A DNA stretch of 64,000 nucleotides, from positions 123,549-187,548 of the forward strand of contig JBGAGQ010000005.1 of the NCBI GenBank assembly GCA_044226625.1, written 5' to 3'. The notes under the pieces are model-generated. The model was not told the origin of the DNA. It did no database searches and saw only the letters and a list, made by a program, of their open reading frames with translations. Source of the DNA: Thermoanaerobaculia bacterium. Its GTDB lineage: Bacteria > Acidobacteriota > Thermoanaerobaculia > Multivoradales > UBA5704. Below, one piece after another: positions 49,199 through 57,978 of the stretch (within the stretch, counting starts at the first letter, position 1; every line of letters starts with the position of its first letter). Both the position numbers and the translations under genes were made by a program.

Positions 49199-49802
49199 GC
49201 CCCCCTCCTGGCCTCCCCCCGCAAGCGGGGGGAGGGACTTGAAGGCGGCGGTTCCCCTGCGCCCTGGAGGGAGGGACGTGATGGAGGCGGTTCCTCCCGC
49301 GAGCGGAGGGAAGGACGTTTCGGTGGCGGTTCCCCTGCGCTTGGGAGAGGGACCTGACGGAGGCGATCTCGCCCAGAGCGCGGGCGACCCTTCCGAAGTG
49401 CTTCCTCCCCCGCTTGCGGGGGAGGACCGAGGTGGGGGCTTTGGGTGCAGGCAGTTTCGGGCCCCCCTCCTGGCCTCCCCCGCAAGCGGGGGGAGGGACG
49501 TGATGGTGGCGGTTCCCCTGCGCTCGGGAGAGTGACCTGACGGAGGCGATCTCGCCCAGGGCGCGGGCGACCCTTCCGAAGCGCTTCCTCCCCCGCTTGC
49601 GGGGGAGGACCGAGGTGGGGGCTTTGGGTGCAGGCAGCTTCGGCCCCCCTCCTGGCCTCCCCCCGCAAGCGGGGGGAGGGACTTGACGGTGTCGGTTCCA
49701 CTGCACCCTGTGAGACCTTACGGAGGCGATTGCTCCCTGATCGCGGGCGACCCTTCCAAAGGACCTCCTCCCCCGCTTGCGGGGGAGGACCGAGGTGGGG
49801 GC
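49199..49802. repeat. BIME-like mosaic of REP-like palindromes, about 3 units with 180-183 bp period
   Basis: Motif A CCTCCCCCCGCAAGCGGGGGGAGG near 49199, 49459 and 49642; motif B CCTCCCCCGCTTGCGGGGGAGGACCGAGGTGGGGGC near 49401, 49584 and 49764; linkers are conserved. Confidence 0.88.
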
Positions 49803-49854
49803 CTTTCCCGAACCGAGCTTGCCCGGCCCTTTCGCCATGTAAGATCGAGCCCCT

Positions 49855-50121
49855 ATGGCCTTCCTCGGTGGCAGCGCGTGGTCGCTCGCCCGCGACATCG
49901 CGGAGGGGGTGCAGTTGGTGACCGAGCGGACGTTCAAGAGCCTCACCCGGGCGGACCTCGATCAGTTGAGCTTCGAGGTCGAACGGGCGCTCCGAGAGTA
50001 CCGGTCGGAGCAGGCACCGCTCGACGACATTCCCGCGATCCAGCAGCGCAACCGCAAGCTGCAGCGCTTGAACGGCTGCCTGATCATGCTGCGCGCCTAC
50101 CGCCAGAAGAGCAAGATCTGA
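49855..50121 (+). CDS. Hypothetical helical protein, 88 aa
   Basis: Good codon bias; TAAGAT 9 nt upstream; operonic with the CPBP gene. Confidence 0.75.
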   Translation: MAFLGGSAWSLARDIAEGVQLVTERTFKSLTRADLDQLSFEVERALREYRSEQAPLDDIPAIQQRNRKLQRLNGCLIMLRAYRQKSKI

Positions 50122-50127
50122 GGCCCC

Positions 50128-51357
50128 ATGCCTGCCCGCATTCTCGAAATCCTCGACCTCCTGCGCCCGGCGCTCGAAGCGGCCGCGCTCGCCGCGGGAG
50201 CGGCCCTGTACGTCGACTTCTCGTGCAAGCGCCGGAGGCTGTTTCCTCCCGGCTTTCGCCGGCCGCTGCGCCGCGCCCTCGCGTTCCTCCTGCTCGCGTC
50301 AGTGTTCTGGGTCGCCATTTTCCCCGCGTTCTTGATCTTGGGGACGGGGGTAGCGGCCCAGAGCGATTTCAAGGGGATGAGCTACGCGGATCTGTTCGGT
50401 TTGCAGATGTTCCTCTCGTTCGTCATCCTCTCTTGGTTCGCGCTGGGCTTCGCGGTGCGACCGCGGCCGGAGCCCGTCGCGGTCGCTCCGGTCGAGCGGA
50501 ACCACGAGCCGGAGCTGATCCAAGAGCCGGGCCAGAACGTCGCCGCGCCGGAGGCCGGGCTCCTGCCAGTCCCGGATGCGTTGAGCGCTGAATTGCTCGC
50601 CGCGCCGCGCGAGGTCGCCGCCGAGGCGCGGGAGATCGCGTGGACCGACGCCTCGGGGGAGGGGAGCCTCAACTCCGTTTCTGAGGACGCGATGGAAGCG
50701 GCTGCGGCCGAAGGAGCCTCGGTCGAGCCGCCAATCGGATCGACCGAGCGAACCCCTGATGCCGCCGGACTGAGCATCCCTCCCGAGCCGAGCCCTTCCT
50801 TTTCGGAAGCCGGTCCGCCGCTCGTCCCGCCCGGTCCGCCTCCGGTGCCGCCGACGCTCGGCCGGCAGTTCGCGGCGCAGCTCGGCTTCCGGGCGCCGTC
50901 GCCTCTGTCGGAGATCGGCTTCGGCCTGGTCGCCGGTCTCGGGATCTGGTTCGTGGTGATCGCGGCGATGGTCGTGATCGCCCTGGTCATCGCCTCGGCG
51001 GGGGGGGAGCGCTTCCTGCCCCGCCAGCCTCCCGCGATGATCCCGTGGATCGCCGGCCTGCCGATCGGCATCCGCGTGCTGCTCAGCCTGTCCGCCGGGG
51101 TCGTCGAGGAGACCTTCTTCCGCGGTCTGCTCCAGCCGCGCGTCGGGATCGCGTTCTCGACCGCCGCGTTCGTGGTCGCTCACGCCGCCTACGGCTCGCC
51201 GTTCATGCTCGTCGGCGTGACGCTCCTTTCGTTGATCTACGCCTTCCTGGTCCGCTGGCGCCAGAACCTCTGGCCGGCGATCGCCGCGCACGCTCTGTTC
51301 GACGCGATCCAACTGCTCGTCGTCATCCCCGCCACCATGCGGTTCATGAACGGATAG
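50128..51357 (+). CDS. CPBP (Abi) family intramembrane metalloprotease
   Basis: EETFFRG, FVVAH and AHALFD motifs; acidic/Pro-rich insertion. Confidence 0.88.
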   Translation: MPARILEILDLLRPALEAAALAAGAALYVDFSCKRRRLFPPGFRRPLRRALAFLLLASVFWVAIFPAFLILGTGVAAQSDFKGMSYADLFGLQMFLSFVILSWFALGFAVRPRPEPVAVAPVERNHEPELIQEPGQNVAAPEAGLLPVPDALSAELLAAPREVAAEAREIAWTDASGEGSLNSVSEDAMEAAAAEGASVEPPIGSTERTPDAAGLSIPPEPSPSFSEAGPPLVPPGPPPVPPTLGRQFAAQLGFRAPSPLSEIGFGLVAGLGIWFVVIAAMVVIALVIASAGGERFLPRQPPAMIPWIAGLPIGIRVLLSLSAGVVEETFFRGLLQPRVGIAFSTAAFVVAHAAYGSPFMLVGVTLLSLIYAFLVRWRQNLWPAIAAHALFDAIQLLVVIPATMRFMNG

Positions 51358-51478
51358 GCGGATGACGCGCGGCATGTCTCGCCGGGTCGGAGGCCGCTTT
51401 ACGGCCCGATCGGGAACTCCGACGGCCCTCCGGCGGTCCTAGGAACGCGTGCGGCTTCTGGTAGACTGCCCCCTTACG

Positions 51479-51952
51479 ATGCCCCTGGAACACCGCTTTC
51501 ACCTCGGGATCGGCAGCCGGTTCGAGAACATCGAGCTGGTGCAGGTGGTGCTCAAGGATTCGTTGGAGCGCCTCGGTATGGACGAGGACGCCCGTCACTG
51601 GGTGGACATCGCCGTCCGAGAGGCGGTTGCCAACGCGATCAAGCACGGCAACCGCCAGGATCCGACGAAACGAGTCGAGGTCGATCTCGGGCTCGATGGG
51701 GAAAGCCTGGTCATTCGGGTGGAAGACGAGGGAGCGGGCTTCGAGCCCGGCGAGGTGTCGAATCCGCTGGCGCCGGAGAACCTGCTCAAGCCGAGCGGGC
51801 GCGGCATTTTCTACATGCGGAGCTTCATGGACGAAGTGCAATACGGTCTCCGTCCCGACGGCGGTACCGTGGTCACTCTGCGAAAACGGCTCCCCGCTGG
51901 AGTCGATCGTGAAACGGCGGGACGGCAAGAACCAAGAGAGGAGCGCGAATGA
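51479..51952 (+). CDS. Anti-sigma factor Ser/Thr kinase (RsbW-like)
   Basis: EAVANAIKHG, DEGAGF, GRGIFYM, MDEV. Confidence 0.9.
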   Translation: MPLEHRFHLGIGSRFENIELVQVVLKDSLERLGMDEDARHWVDIAVREAVANAIKHGNRQDPTKRVEVDLGLDGESLVIRVEDEGAGFEPGEVSNPLAPENLLKPSGRGIFYMRSFMDEVQYGLRPDGGTVVTLRKRLPAGVDRETAGRQEPREERE

Positions 51953-52284
51953 ACGTTTCGGTGCGCCAGCGCGATGGCGTTACGATTTTGGACTTGAAGG
52001 GCAAGCTGACCCTCGGCTCGGGGGAGCAGGCCCTGCGCAGCACGCTGCAGGACGCCCTCGCCGCCGGGGCCACGAAGGTCGTCATCGCGTTGAAAGACGT
52101 GACGACGATCGATTCGACCGGCGTGGGTGAGCTCGTGGGCACCTACACCACGGTCACCAACCGGGGCGCGAAGCTCAAGCTCGCGGCGCTGCCGGCGAAG
52201 CTCCAGGACATCCTCACCATCACCCAGCTGATCACCGTCTTCGACGTCTACGAGACCGAGGACGAGGCGATCGCGGCGTTTTAG
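51949..52284 (+). CDS. STAS anti-anti-sigma factor (RsbV/SpoIIAA-like)
   Basis: IDSTGVGEL phosphoacceptor motif; ATGA overlap. Confidence 0.92.
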   Translation: MNVSVRQRDGVTILDLKGKLTLGSGEQALRSTLQDALAAGATKVVIALKDVTTIDSTGVGELVGTYTTVTNRGAKLKLAALPAKLQDILTITQLITVFDVYETEDEAIAAF

Positions 52285-52316
52285 GAATCGGGAATGGCGA
52301 ATCGGGAATCAAGAAC
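52285..52316. repeat. Short 7-bp tandem repeat (GAATCGG-like, about 4.5 copies)
   Basis: gaatcgg gaatggc gaatcgg gaatcaa gaa. Confidence 0.55.
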
Positions 52317-52321
52317 GCTTC

Positions 52322-53266
52322 ATGGTTCCTGATTCGCCTCCCCCCTCCGCCCCCCCACCGCTTTCTCAAGGTCTGCTCGATCTCGGTCGCCGGGTCGAGC
52401 TGCGCCTGCCCGAGCTGCTGCCGCGCGAGGACGAGCGTCCGGAAGACGTCCACCGGGCGATGCGCTACGCGCTGATGAGCCCGGGCAAGCGGCTGCGGCC
52501 GATCCTCACCTTGGTGGTGGCCGATCTGTTCGGCACGGGTTTCGATCGCGTCGGGCGCTCGGACCGCTCGGCGCGGGTCCTGGACATCGCCTGCGGCATC
52601 GAGATGGTCCACGCCTGCTCGCTGATCCTCGACGACCTGCCGGCGATGGACGACGCGGCGCTCCGGCGCGGGCGCCCGACGGTGCACCGCGAGTTCGGCG
52701 AGGCGGTGGCGCTGCTCGCGGCGCTCGCCCTGCTGAACCGCGCCTACGCCCTGGTGGCGGAGGCGGCGCATCACCTGCCCGGTCGTCGCTACACGGCGGA
52801 GGACATGATCCACCACCTCGCCGCGGCGATCGGCAGCCAGGGGCTGATCGGCGGCCAGGCGCTCGACCTTTCGAGCCGTCCGGAGGAGCTCGATCTCGAG
52901 CGGATGGAGTTCATCCACAGCCACAAGACCGGCGCGCTGTTCATGGCGGCCGGCGAGCTCGGCGCGATGGCGGCCGACGCCAAGCGCTCCGACCTCGAGT
53001 TGATCTCCCGCTACGCCAAGAACCTCGGCCTCGCGTTCCAGATCTCCGACGACCTCTTGGACGTCCTCTCGACCCCGGAAGAGGCGGGCAAGGACGTCGG
53101 CCAGGACACCGCGAAGGTGACCTTCGTCAAGCGCCTCGGGGTCGCCGGCGCGCAGACGCTCGAAGCCGAGCTGCTCGGCTTCGCCGTCGCCTCGCTCGAG
53201 CCGCTCGGCAAAAAAGCCGAGCCGCTGCGCGAGATCGCCCGCTTCGTCCGCCACCGCAGACGGTAA
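52322..53266 (+). CDS. ispA: Polyprenyl (farnesyl/geranylgeranyl) diphosphate synthase
   Basis: GKRLRP, SLILDDLPAMDD, RRG, GQALD, KTGALF, FQISDDLLD. Confidence 0.9.
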   Translation: MVPDSPPPSAPPPLSQGLLDLGRRVELRLPELLPREDERPEDVHRAMRYALMSPGKRLRPILTLVVADLFGTGFDRVGRSDRSARVLDIACGIEMVHACSLILDDLPAMDDAALRRGRPTVHREFGEAVALLAALALLNRAYALVAEAAHHLPGRRYTAEDMIHHLAAAIGSQGLIGGQALDLSSRPEELDLERMEFIHSHKTGALFMAAGELGAMAADAKRSDLELISRYAKNLGLAFQISDDLLDVLSTPEEAGKDVGQDTAKVTFVKRLGVAGAQTLEAELLGFAVASLEPLGKKAEPLREIARFVRHRRR

Positions 53267-53435
53267 GCCGGCGCCCTCCGGCGCGGGCTGTCTCGAGTGC
53301 GCATCCCACGACACTGAAATAGGTAGAGGACCCTTGGTAGGAGCCGGGCGAGCCGGCTCGAAACGAGCGCCCTTTCGAGGGGAGGGCGAAGGCCCTCCCT
53401 CGTCCTTTTGAGCGCTAGGAAAGGTGGGCTGATCC

Positions 53436-56015
53436 ATGAAAAAGCGAGCGATCGTCGCGCTGTCCGTCTTGAGTTGCCTCTACCCTCTCTGGGCCGCCGC
53501 GGCAGTCCTGCCGGTCAAGGAGAAATCGCCAGGCGACAAGCGCAACGGAGAAGAAGAGCAGATCCGCGAGCGGGAGCGGTGGTTCGCCGAACGCCGCGGA
53601 CTCGATTTCACCTACCGTCCGGGCGAGCTGCGCGAACAGGCGGTCCAGGAGCAACGGCGCATCGTGCGGTCCCAAGGGCCCGAACGGGTGGTCGGATTCT
53701 CCTGGCAATCCCTGGGACCGTCGCCCATGAACATGACGGGCTGGCAGATGGGGCGCGTCGCCGGCCGGGTCTCCGCCCTGGCCATCCACCCGACGAACGA
53801 GCAGACGATCTACCTGGGCACGGCGTCCGGCGGATTGTGGAAGAGCGTGGACGGCGGCTCGTTCTGGACCCCGCTGTTCGACGCGATCGGGACCGGGACG
53901 ATCGGCTCCCTGGCGCTCGACCCGAACAACGCCAACAACGTCTGGGTGGGCACGGGAGAGAAGGGGTGGGGCTGCTCCGAATACTTCGGCATGGGCCTCT
54001 TCCGTTCCACCGACGCGGGCGCGTCGTTTCAGGCCAGCAACGGTTCGGGCGGCACCGCCCTGGGCCTCTCGAACGTGACGGCCGTCGCGGTGCAACCGGG
54101 TAATTCCAGCCTGGTGCTCGCGGGAGGTCCCGGCTTCTGCTCGGGCGGCGCGCTCACGGGAGACGGGATTCGGCGCTCCACGGACGGCGGCATCACCTGG
54201 AGCTTCGTGCTCACCGGCCAGCCCAACGACCTCCTGTTCGACCCGTTGGTTCCGAGCACGGTCTACGCCTCGATCGGCGGCAACACGACCTCGAACGGGG
54301 GGGTGTTCCGCTCGACCGACGGCGGCGCGAGCTGGTCCCAATTGGCCGGCGGCCTGCCGTTCTCGTCGTTCTCCAGGGTGCGCCTGGCGATGGCACCCAC
54401 GAACCGGCTCGTGCTCTACGCCCTGTTTCAGACTGGGAACAAGTCGGGATTGCTGTACCGCTCGCTCGACGGCGGATCCAACTGGTCGCTGCGCAACACC
54501 GGCGCCTGCACGGACCAATGCTGGTACAACCTGACTCTGGACGTCAGCCCGACGACGAGCGACACGCTCCTGGTCGGCTCGATCCTCTTCAACCGCTCGA
54601 CCAACGGCGGCACGACCCTCTCGCCGCTCATCTCGGGCTGGGGCGCGTCGCAGCGGGTGCATCAGGACATCCAGGTGGTCCGCTACTCGCGGACCAACGT
54701 CAACCGGTTCTGGGTGGGTAGCGACGGCGGGCTGTGGCGGACCGACGACGGCGGCTCGACCTATGCCAACCTGAACGGCAACCTGACCGTCACGCAGTTC
54801 TACGACGTCGCCGTCCACCCCACGAACTCGAGCCGGATCTGGGGCGGCGCGCAGGACAACTCCTCGGAGATCCGCACCACGAGCTCGATCTGGGACGTGG
54901 TCACGGTGACGGGCGACGGGTTCACCAACGCGGTCGACGCGGGCAACCCAAACTACGTCTTCATCGAGTCCTACCCGGACCCCAACAACGGGAACCGGCC
55001 GCAGATCTACCGCTCGTCGAACGGCGGCGGCACGAGCTCCTTCTCGGGCCTTTCCAACAGCGGGTTGGGCACGGGCTTCCCCTGGAAGACGGAGTACGTG
55101 GTGATCCCCGCCGGCTCGGCCTCGTACCTGGTCACCGGGGCGGCGAATCTCTATCGCACCAGCGCCCGCGGGGCGATCTCTTGGTCGCAGATCTCGAGCG
55201 GTCTCTCGTTCGGCATCCTCTCGGCCCTGGGCTCGACGCCGACGAGCGGCGGCACGCTCTACGCCGGGTTCACCGACGGGCGAATCTTCCGGACGAGCAA
55301 CGTCGTCACCTCCCCGGTCACCTGGACCGAGGTGACAGGAAACTTCGGGTTTGGCACGGTCTCGGACCTGGCGGTCGATCCGACCTCGAGGCTCCGGGTC
55401 TTCGCCACGCGCAGCAGCTTCGGCGGCAACAAGCTCTACCGCTCGACGAGCGGCGGCGGCACGTGGGCTGCGGTCGGCAACGGTCTGCCGGACGTGCCGG
55501 CGAACTCGGTGGCGATCGATCCGGTCAACCGCCAGCGCCTCTTCGTCGCGACCGACATCGGGGTGTACGTGAGCGAAGACAACGGCGACAACTTCCTGCC
55601 GCAAATGGCCGGCCTGCCGCTCGGCGTGGTCGCCATGGACCTGGAGGTCGACGACTCGCCCCACGTCCTCACGCTCGGCACCTACGGCCGCGGCGCCTGG
55701 CAGCTCCAGCTGCCGGCCGAAACGCCGGCCTGCATTCCCGACGGCGGGGTGGACGACAGCCTGGGCAGCACGAGCTGCTGCAGCGGGCTCGCGGTGAACG
55801 GCTCCTCCTTCTGCGTCAATCCGTCGGACCTTACAACCTGCCAGCAGATCTGTGCGACGCAGCCGGTGGGCGGATGCATTCCTTCAGGCGGCGTCGACGA
55901 CGTCCTGAGCCAGACCTCGTGCTGCAGCGGCGCGGCCGTCGCCGGCAGCACCTGGTGCCTGAATCCCGCGAACTGGGCCAACGGCTGGCAGGGGTGCGTG
56001 CAGACCTGCCAGTGA
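53436..56015 (+). CDS. Secreted BNR/Asp-box beta-propeller protein (VPS10/GH74-like) with two C-terminal 6-Cys repeats
   Basis: Signal peptide; many RSTDGGxxW Asp boxes; TYGRGAW; duplicated CIPxGGVDDxLxxTSCCSGxAVxGSxxC..C...C. Confidence 0.88.
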   Translation: MKKRAIVALSVLSCLYPLWAAAAVLPVKEKSPGDKRNGEEEQIRERERWFAERRGLDFTYRPGELREQAVQEQRRIVRSQGPERVVGFSWQSLGPSPMNMTGWQMGRVAGRVSALAIHPTNEQTIYLGTASGGLWKSVDGGSFWTPLFDAIGTGTIGSLALDPNNANNVWVGTGEKGWGCSEYFGMGLFRSTDAGASFQASNGSGGTALGLSNVTAVAVQPGNSSLVLAGGPGFCSGGALTGDGIRRSTDGGITWSFVLTGQPNDLLFDPLVPSTVYASIGGNTTSNGGVFRSTDGGASWSQLAGGLPFSSFSRVRLAMAPTNRLVLYALFQTGNKSGLLYRSLDGGSNWSLRNTGACTDQCWYNLTLDVSPTTSDTLLVGSILFNRSTNGGTTLSPLISGWGASQRVHQDIQVVRYSRTNVNRFWVGSDGGLWRTDDGGSTYANLNGNLTVTQFYDVAVHPTNSSRIWGGAQDNSSEIRTTSSIWDVVTVTGDGFTNAVDAGNPNYVFIESYPDPNNGNRPQIYRSSNGGGTSSFSGLSNSGLGTGFPWKTEYVVIPAGSASYLVTGAANLYRTSARGAISWSQISSGLSFGILSALGSTPTSGGTLYAGFTDGRIFRTSNVVTSPVTWTEVTGNFGFGTVSDLAVDPTSRLRVFATRSSFGGNKLYRSTSGGGTWAAVGNGLPDVPANSVAIDPVNRQRLFVATDIGVYVSEDNGDNFLPQMAGLPLGVVAMDLEVDDSPHVLTLGTYGRGAWQLQLPAETPACIPDGGVDDSLGSTSCCSGLAVNGSSFCVNPSDLTTCQQICATQPVGGCIPSGGVDDVLSQTSCCSGAAVAGSTWCLNPANWANGWQGCVQTCQ

Positions 56016-56113
56016 GGAGATCGACCGCCGAGCGGCGGAACGGGGGAGGGCGGCCCGGCGGCGGTGGGCTACCCTCCCTCGGGCGATCCGCCGCAGCGGA
56101 TAGACTCCCTCCG

Positions 56114-57931
56114 ATGCAGGGCCTTTCCCCGAGCGAGACCGCCGACCTCGAGCGCGTCCGAGAAGAGCTGCGCGAGCGGGGGTACCTCTCCCACGGCTTC
56201 GAGCGCTTCCTGCTGCAAGACGCCTTGAAACCCCGCCGGCCGGCGCGGGCGCTCGCGGTCCTCGCGGGCAAGGTCGGCCTGCGCACGGGGCTCGTGCTCG
56301 GCCCGCCGCTCGCGTTCTGGCTTGCCGCGGCGAACGGCGCGCTCACCGCCCATCCGCTCGACGCGGCGGTCCTGCTGCTCCACCTCTTCCCGCCGATCGC
56401 CCTCGCCGCGGCGATCGCCTTCCTCCTGGTCGGCGCCGCGACCGCCTGGGTGCTCCGCTTCTCGCACGTGCGCCGGATTGAGGCGTTCACCTTCGGCGCG
56501 GCGGCGGCGGTTGGCGCGGGCACCTTGGCGCTCGCGCTCTGGCGCGCCGGGGAGCTGGTCGCGGCGAGCGGCCGGTGGCAGATCGCGGTGCTGTGCGTCG
56601 CGGCGCCGTTCGTCTTCTACGCCCTGGTGAAGACGGTGCACCACGCGCTGCTCGCCCTCGCCATCCGGCTCGCCGACGAGCCGTCGGAGGTCTGGTCGCT
56701 GTCGCGCGGCGGCTTGATCCTCGGGCTCTCCGCCGCCGTGCTCGTGGTGCTCGTGCCGGCGCTGCTCGCCGCGCGGCGGCCGGCCGAGGACGCGCCGGGG
56801 TCGCTGCCGATGGCCCCCGGCGGGCGGGTGCTCGCGATCGGGATCGACGGGGTGCTCGCCTCGGAGCTGGACTATCTACTCGGCCGCGGCGAGCTGCCGG
56901 CGCTCGGCGCGCTTGCGCGCTCCGGCGCGGTGTTCTCCTACGCTCGGGGAAACGAGCCTCCCGCCTCGTTCTGGACCCGGATCGCCACCGGCCGGCCGTC
57001 GCCCGAAAACGGCGTTGCGTCGCTCGACGGCTTCCGCCCCCTGGGGGCGAAGACCACGCTCATGCGCACGGGGCCGCTCCGGCCCTATTGGAGCGCGGTC
57101 GAGGTGCCGCTCGGCCTTTCGGAGCATCGGCCGCTGCTAGCAGGACGGCGCGCGGCGTTCGCGTTCTGGGAGCTGGCCGCCCGCGGCGGCGAGCCGGTGC
57201 TCGCGGTGGACTGGTGGGCCACCTTTCCGGCGGCACCGGTCCCCGGGCGGATCGTCGCCCACGGCGGCTATCAGCTCCTGGGCGAAGGGGCCCAAGGGGC
57301 GGTCGCCCCGGCCGGCGACACTCCGGCGCTCGCCGCCCTCGCTCGAAACGCCGCACCTAACGAAAGCTCCGGAGCGCCCTCGGACCCTGCGGCGCGCGAT
57401 CTCGACGCGCGGGCGTTCGCGCCGGACCGTTTCTACCGGGCGGCGTTCCTCGACGGGCTCGCGCTCCGCCCGAAAGCCGCGGCGCTCTATCTCGCCGCCC
57501 TCGACATCGCAGCGGCCGGCTCGCCCGCCGGCTCGCTCGCCGGGTCACTAGCTTTTGGCGACCGGGTGCGCGAGGAGCTGGGCGAGGCCGACCGCCTGCT
57601 CGCCGTCGCTCGCCCGGGTTTCGACACCGTCGCGGTAATCGTCGATCCGGGCCGCCGCGGCGGGGCCGAAGGGCGGATCCTGCTCTGGCGCTCCGCGGGC
57701 TGCGGAGGCTCCAAAGCTCCCACCGCGCTCGCCCCCGAGGCGCTCGCGTCCGGGCTGATGCGCGCTCTCGGCCTGCCGCAGAGCGGCGAGCTTCCCGTGC
57801 CTCCCCCCGGCTGCCGATGGCCCGGGCCCCCCGGCCGGGTCGCCACGTACGGCGTTCCGGCCACTTCATCCGCCGCGGCGCGCGAGAGCGTTGAATACCT
57901 CGAAAACCTTCGCTCGTTGGGGTACCTATGA
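56114..57931 (+). CDS. Membrane protein with alkaline phosphatase/NPP-like domain
   Basis: About 5 TMs; IGIDG, WTRIATG, VDWWATFPA; terminal LRSLGYL. Confidence 0.78.
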   Translation: MQGLSPSETADLERVREELRERGYLSHGFERFLLQDALKPRRPARALAVLAGKVGLRTGLVLGPPLAFWLAAANGALTAHPLDAAVLLLHLFPPIALAAAIAFLLVGAATAWVLRFSHVRRIEAFTFGAAAAVGAGTLALALWRAGELVAASGRWQIAVLCVAAPFVFYALVKTVHHALLALAIRLADEPSEVWSLSRGGLILGLSAAVLVVLVPALLAARRPAEDAPGSLPMAPGGRVLAIGIDGVLASELDYLLGRGELPALGALARSGAVFSYARGNEPPASFWTRIATGRPSPENGVASLDGFRPLGAKTTLMRTGPLRPYWSAVEVPLGLSEHRPLLAGRRAAFAFWELAARGGEPVLAVDWWATFPAAPVPGRIVAHGGYQLLGEGAQGAVAPAGDTPALAALARNAAPNESSGAPSDPAARDLDARAFAPDRFYRAAFLDGLALRPKAAALYLAALDIAAAGSPAGSLAGSLAFGDRVREELGEADRLLAVARPGFDTVAVIVDPGRRGGAEGRILLWRSAGCGGSKAPTALAPEALASGLMRALGLPQSGELPVPPPGCRWPGPPGRVATYGVPATSSAAARESVEYLENLRSLGYL

Positions 57932-57978
57932 CCCCCGACGAATCCCGTCCCTCCTCTTTCCCATCTGGAGACGAAGAG

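Noticed and set aside
49199-49802. CRISPR array, or the 412-aa repeat protein ORF 48708-49946
   Set aside because: The linkers are conserved rather than unique and two palindromes alternate in a REP/BIME pattern. The ORF extension only translates the repeats.
53330-53410. c-di-GMP riboswitch
   Set aside because: The GGCAAA/GCAAAG consensus and two-stem architecture are missing; kept only as generic hairpins.
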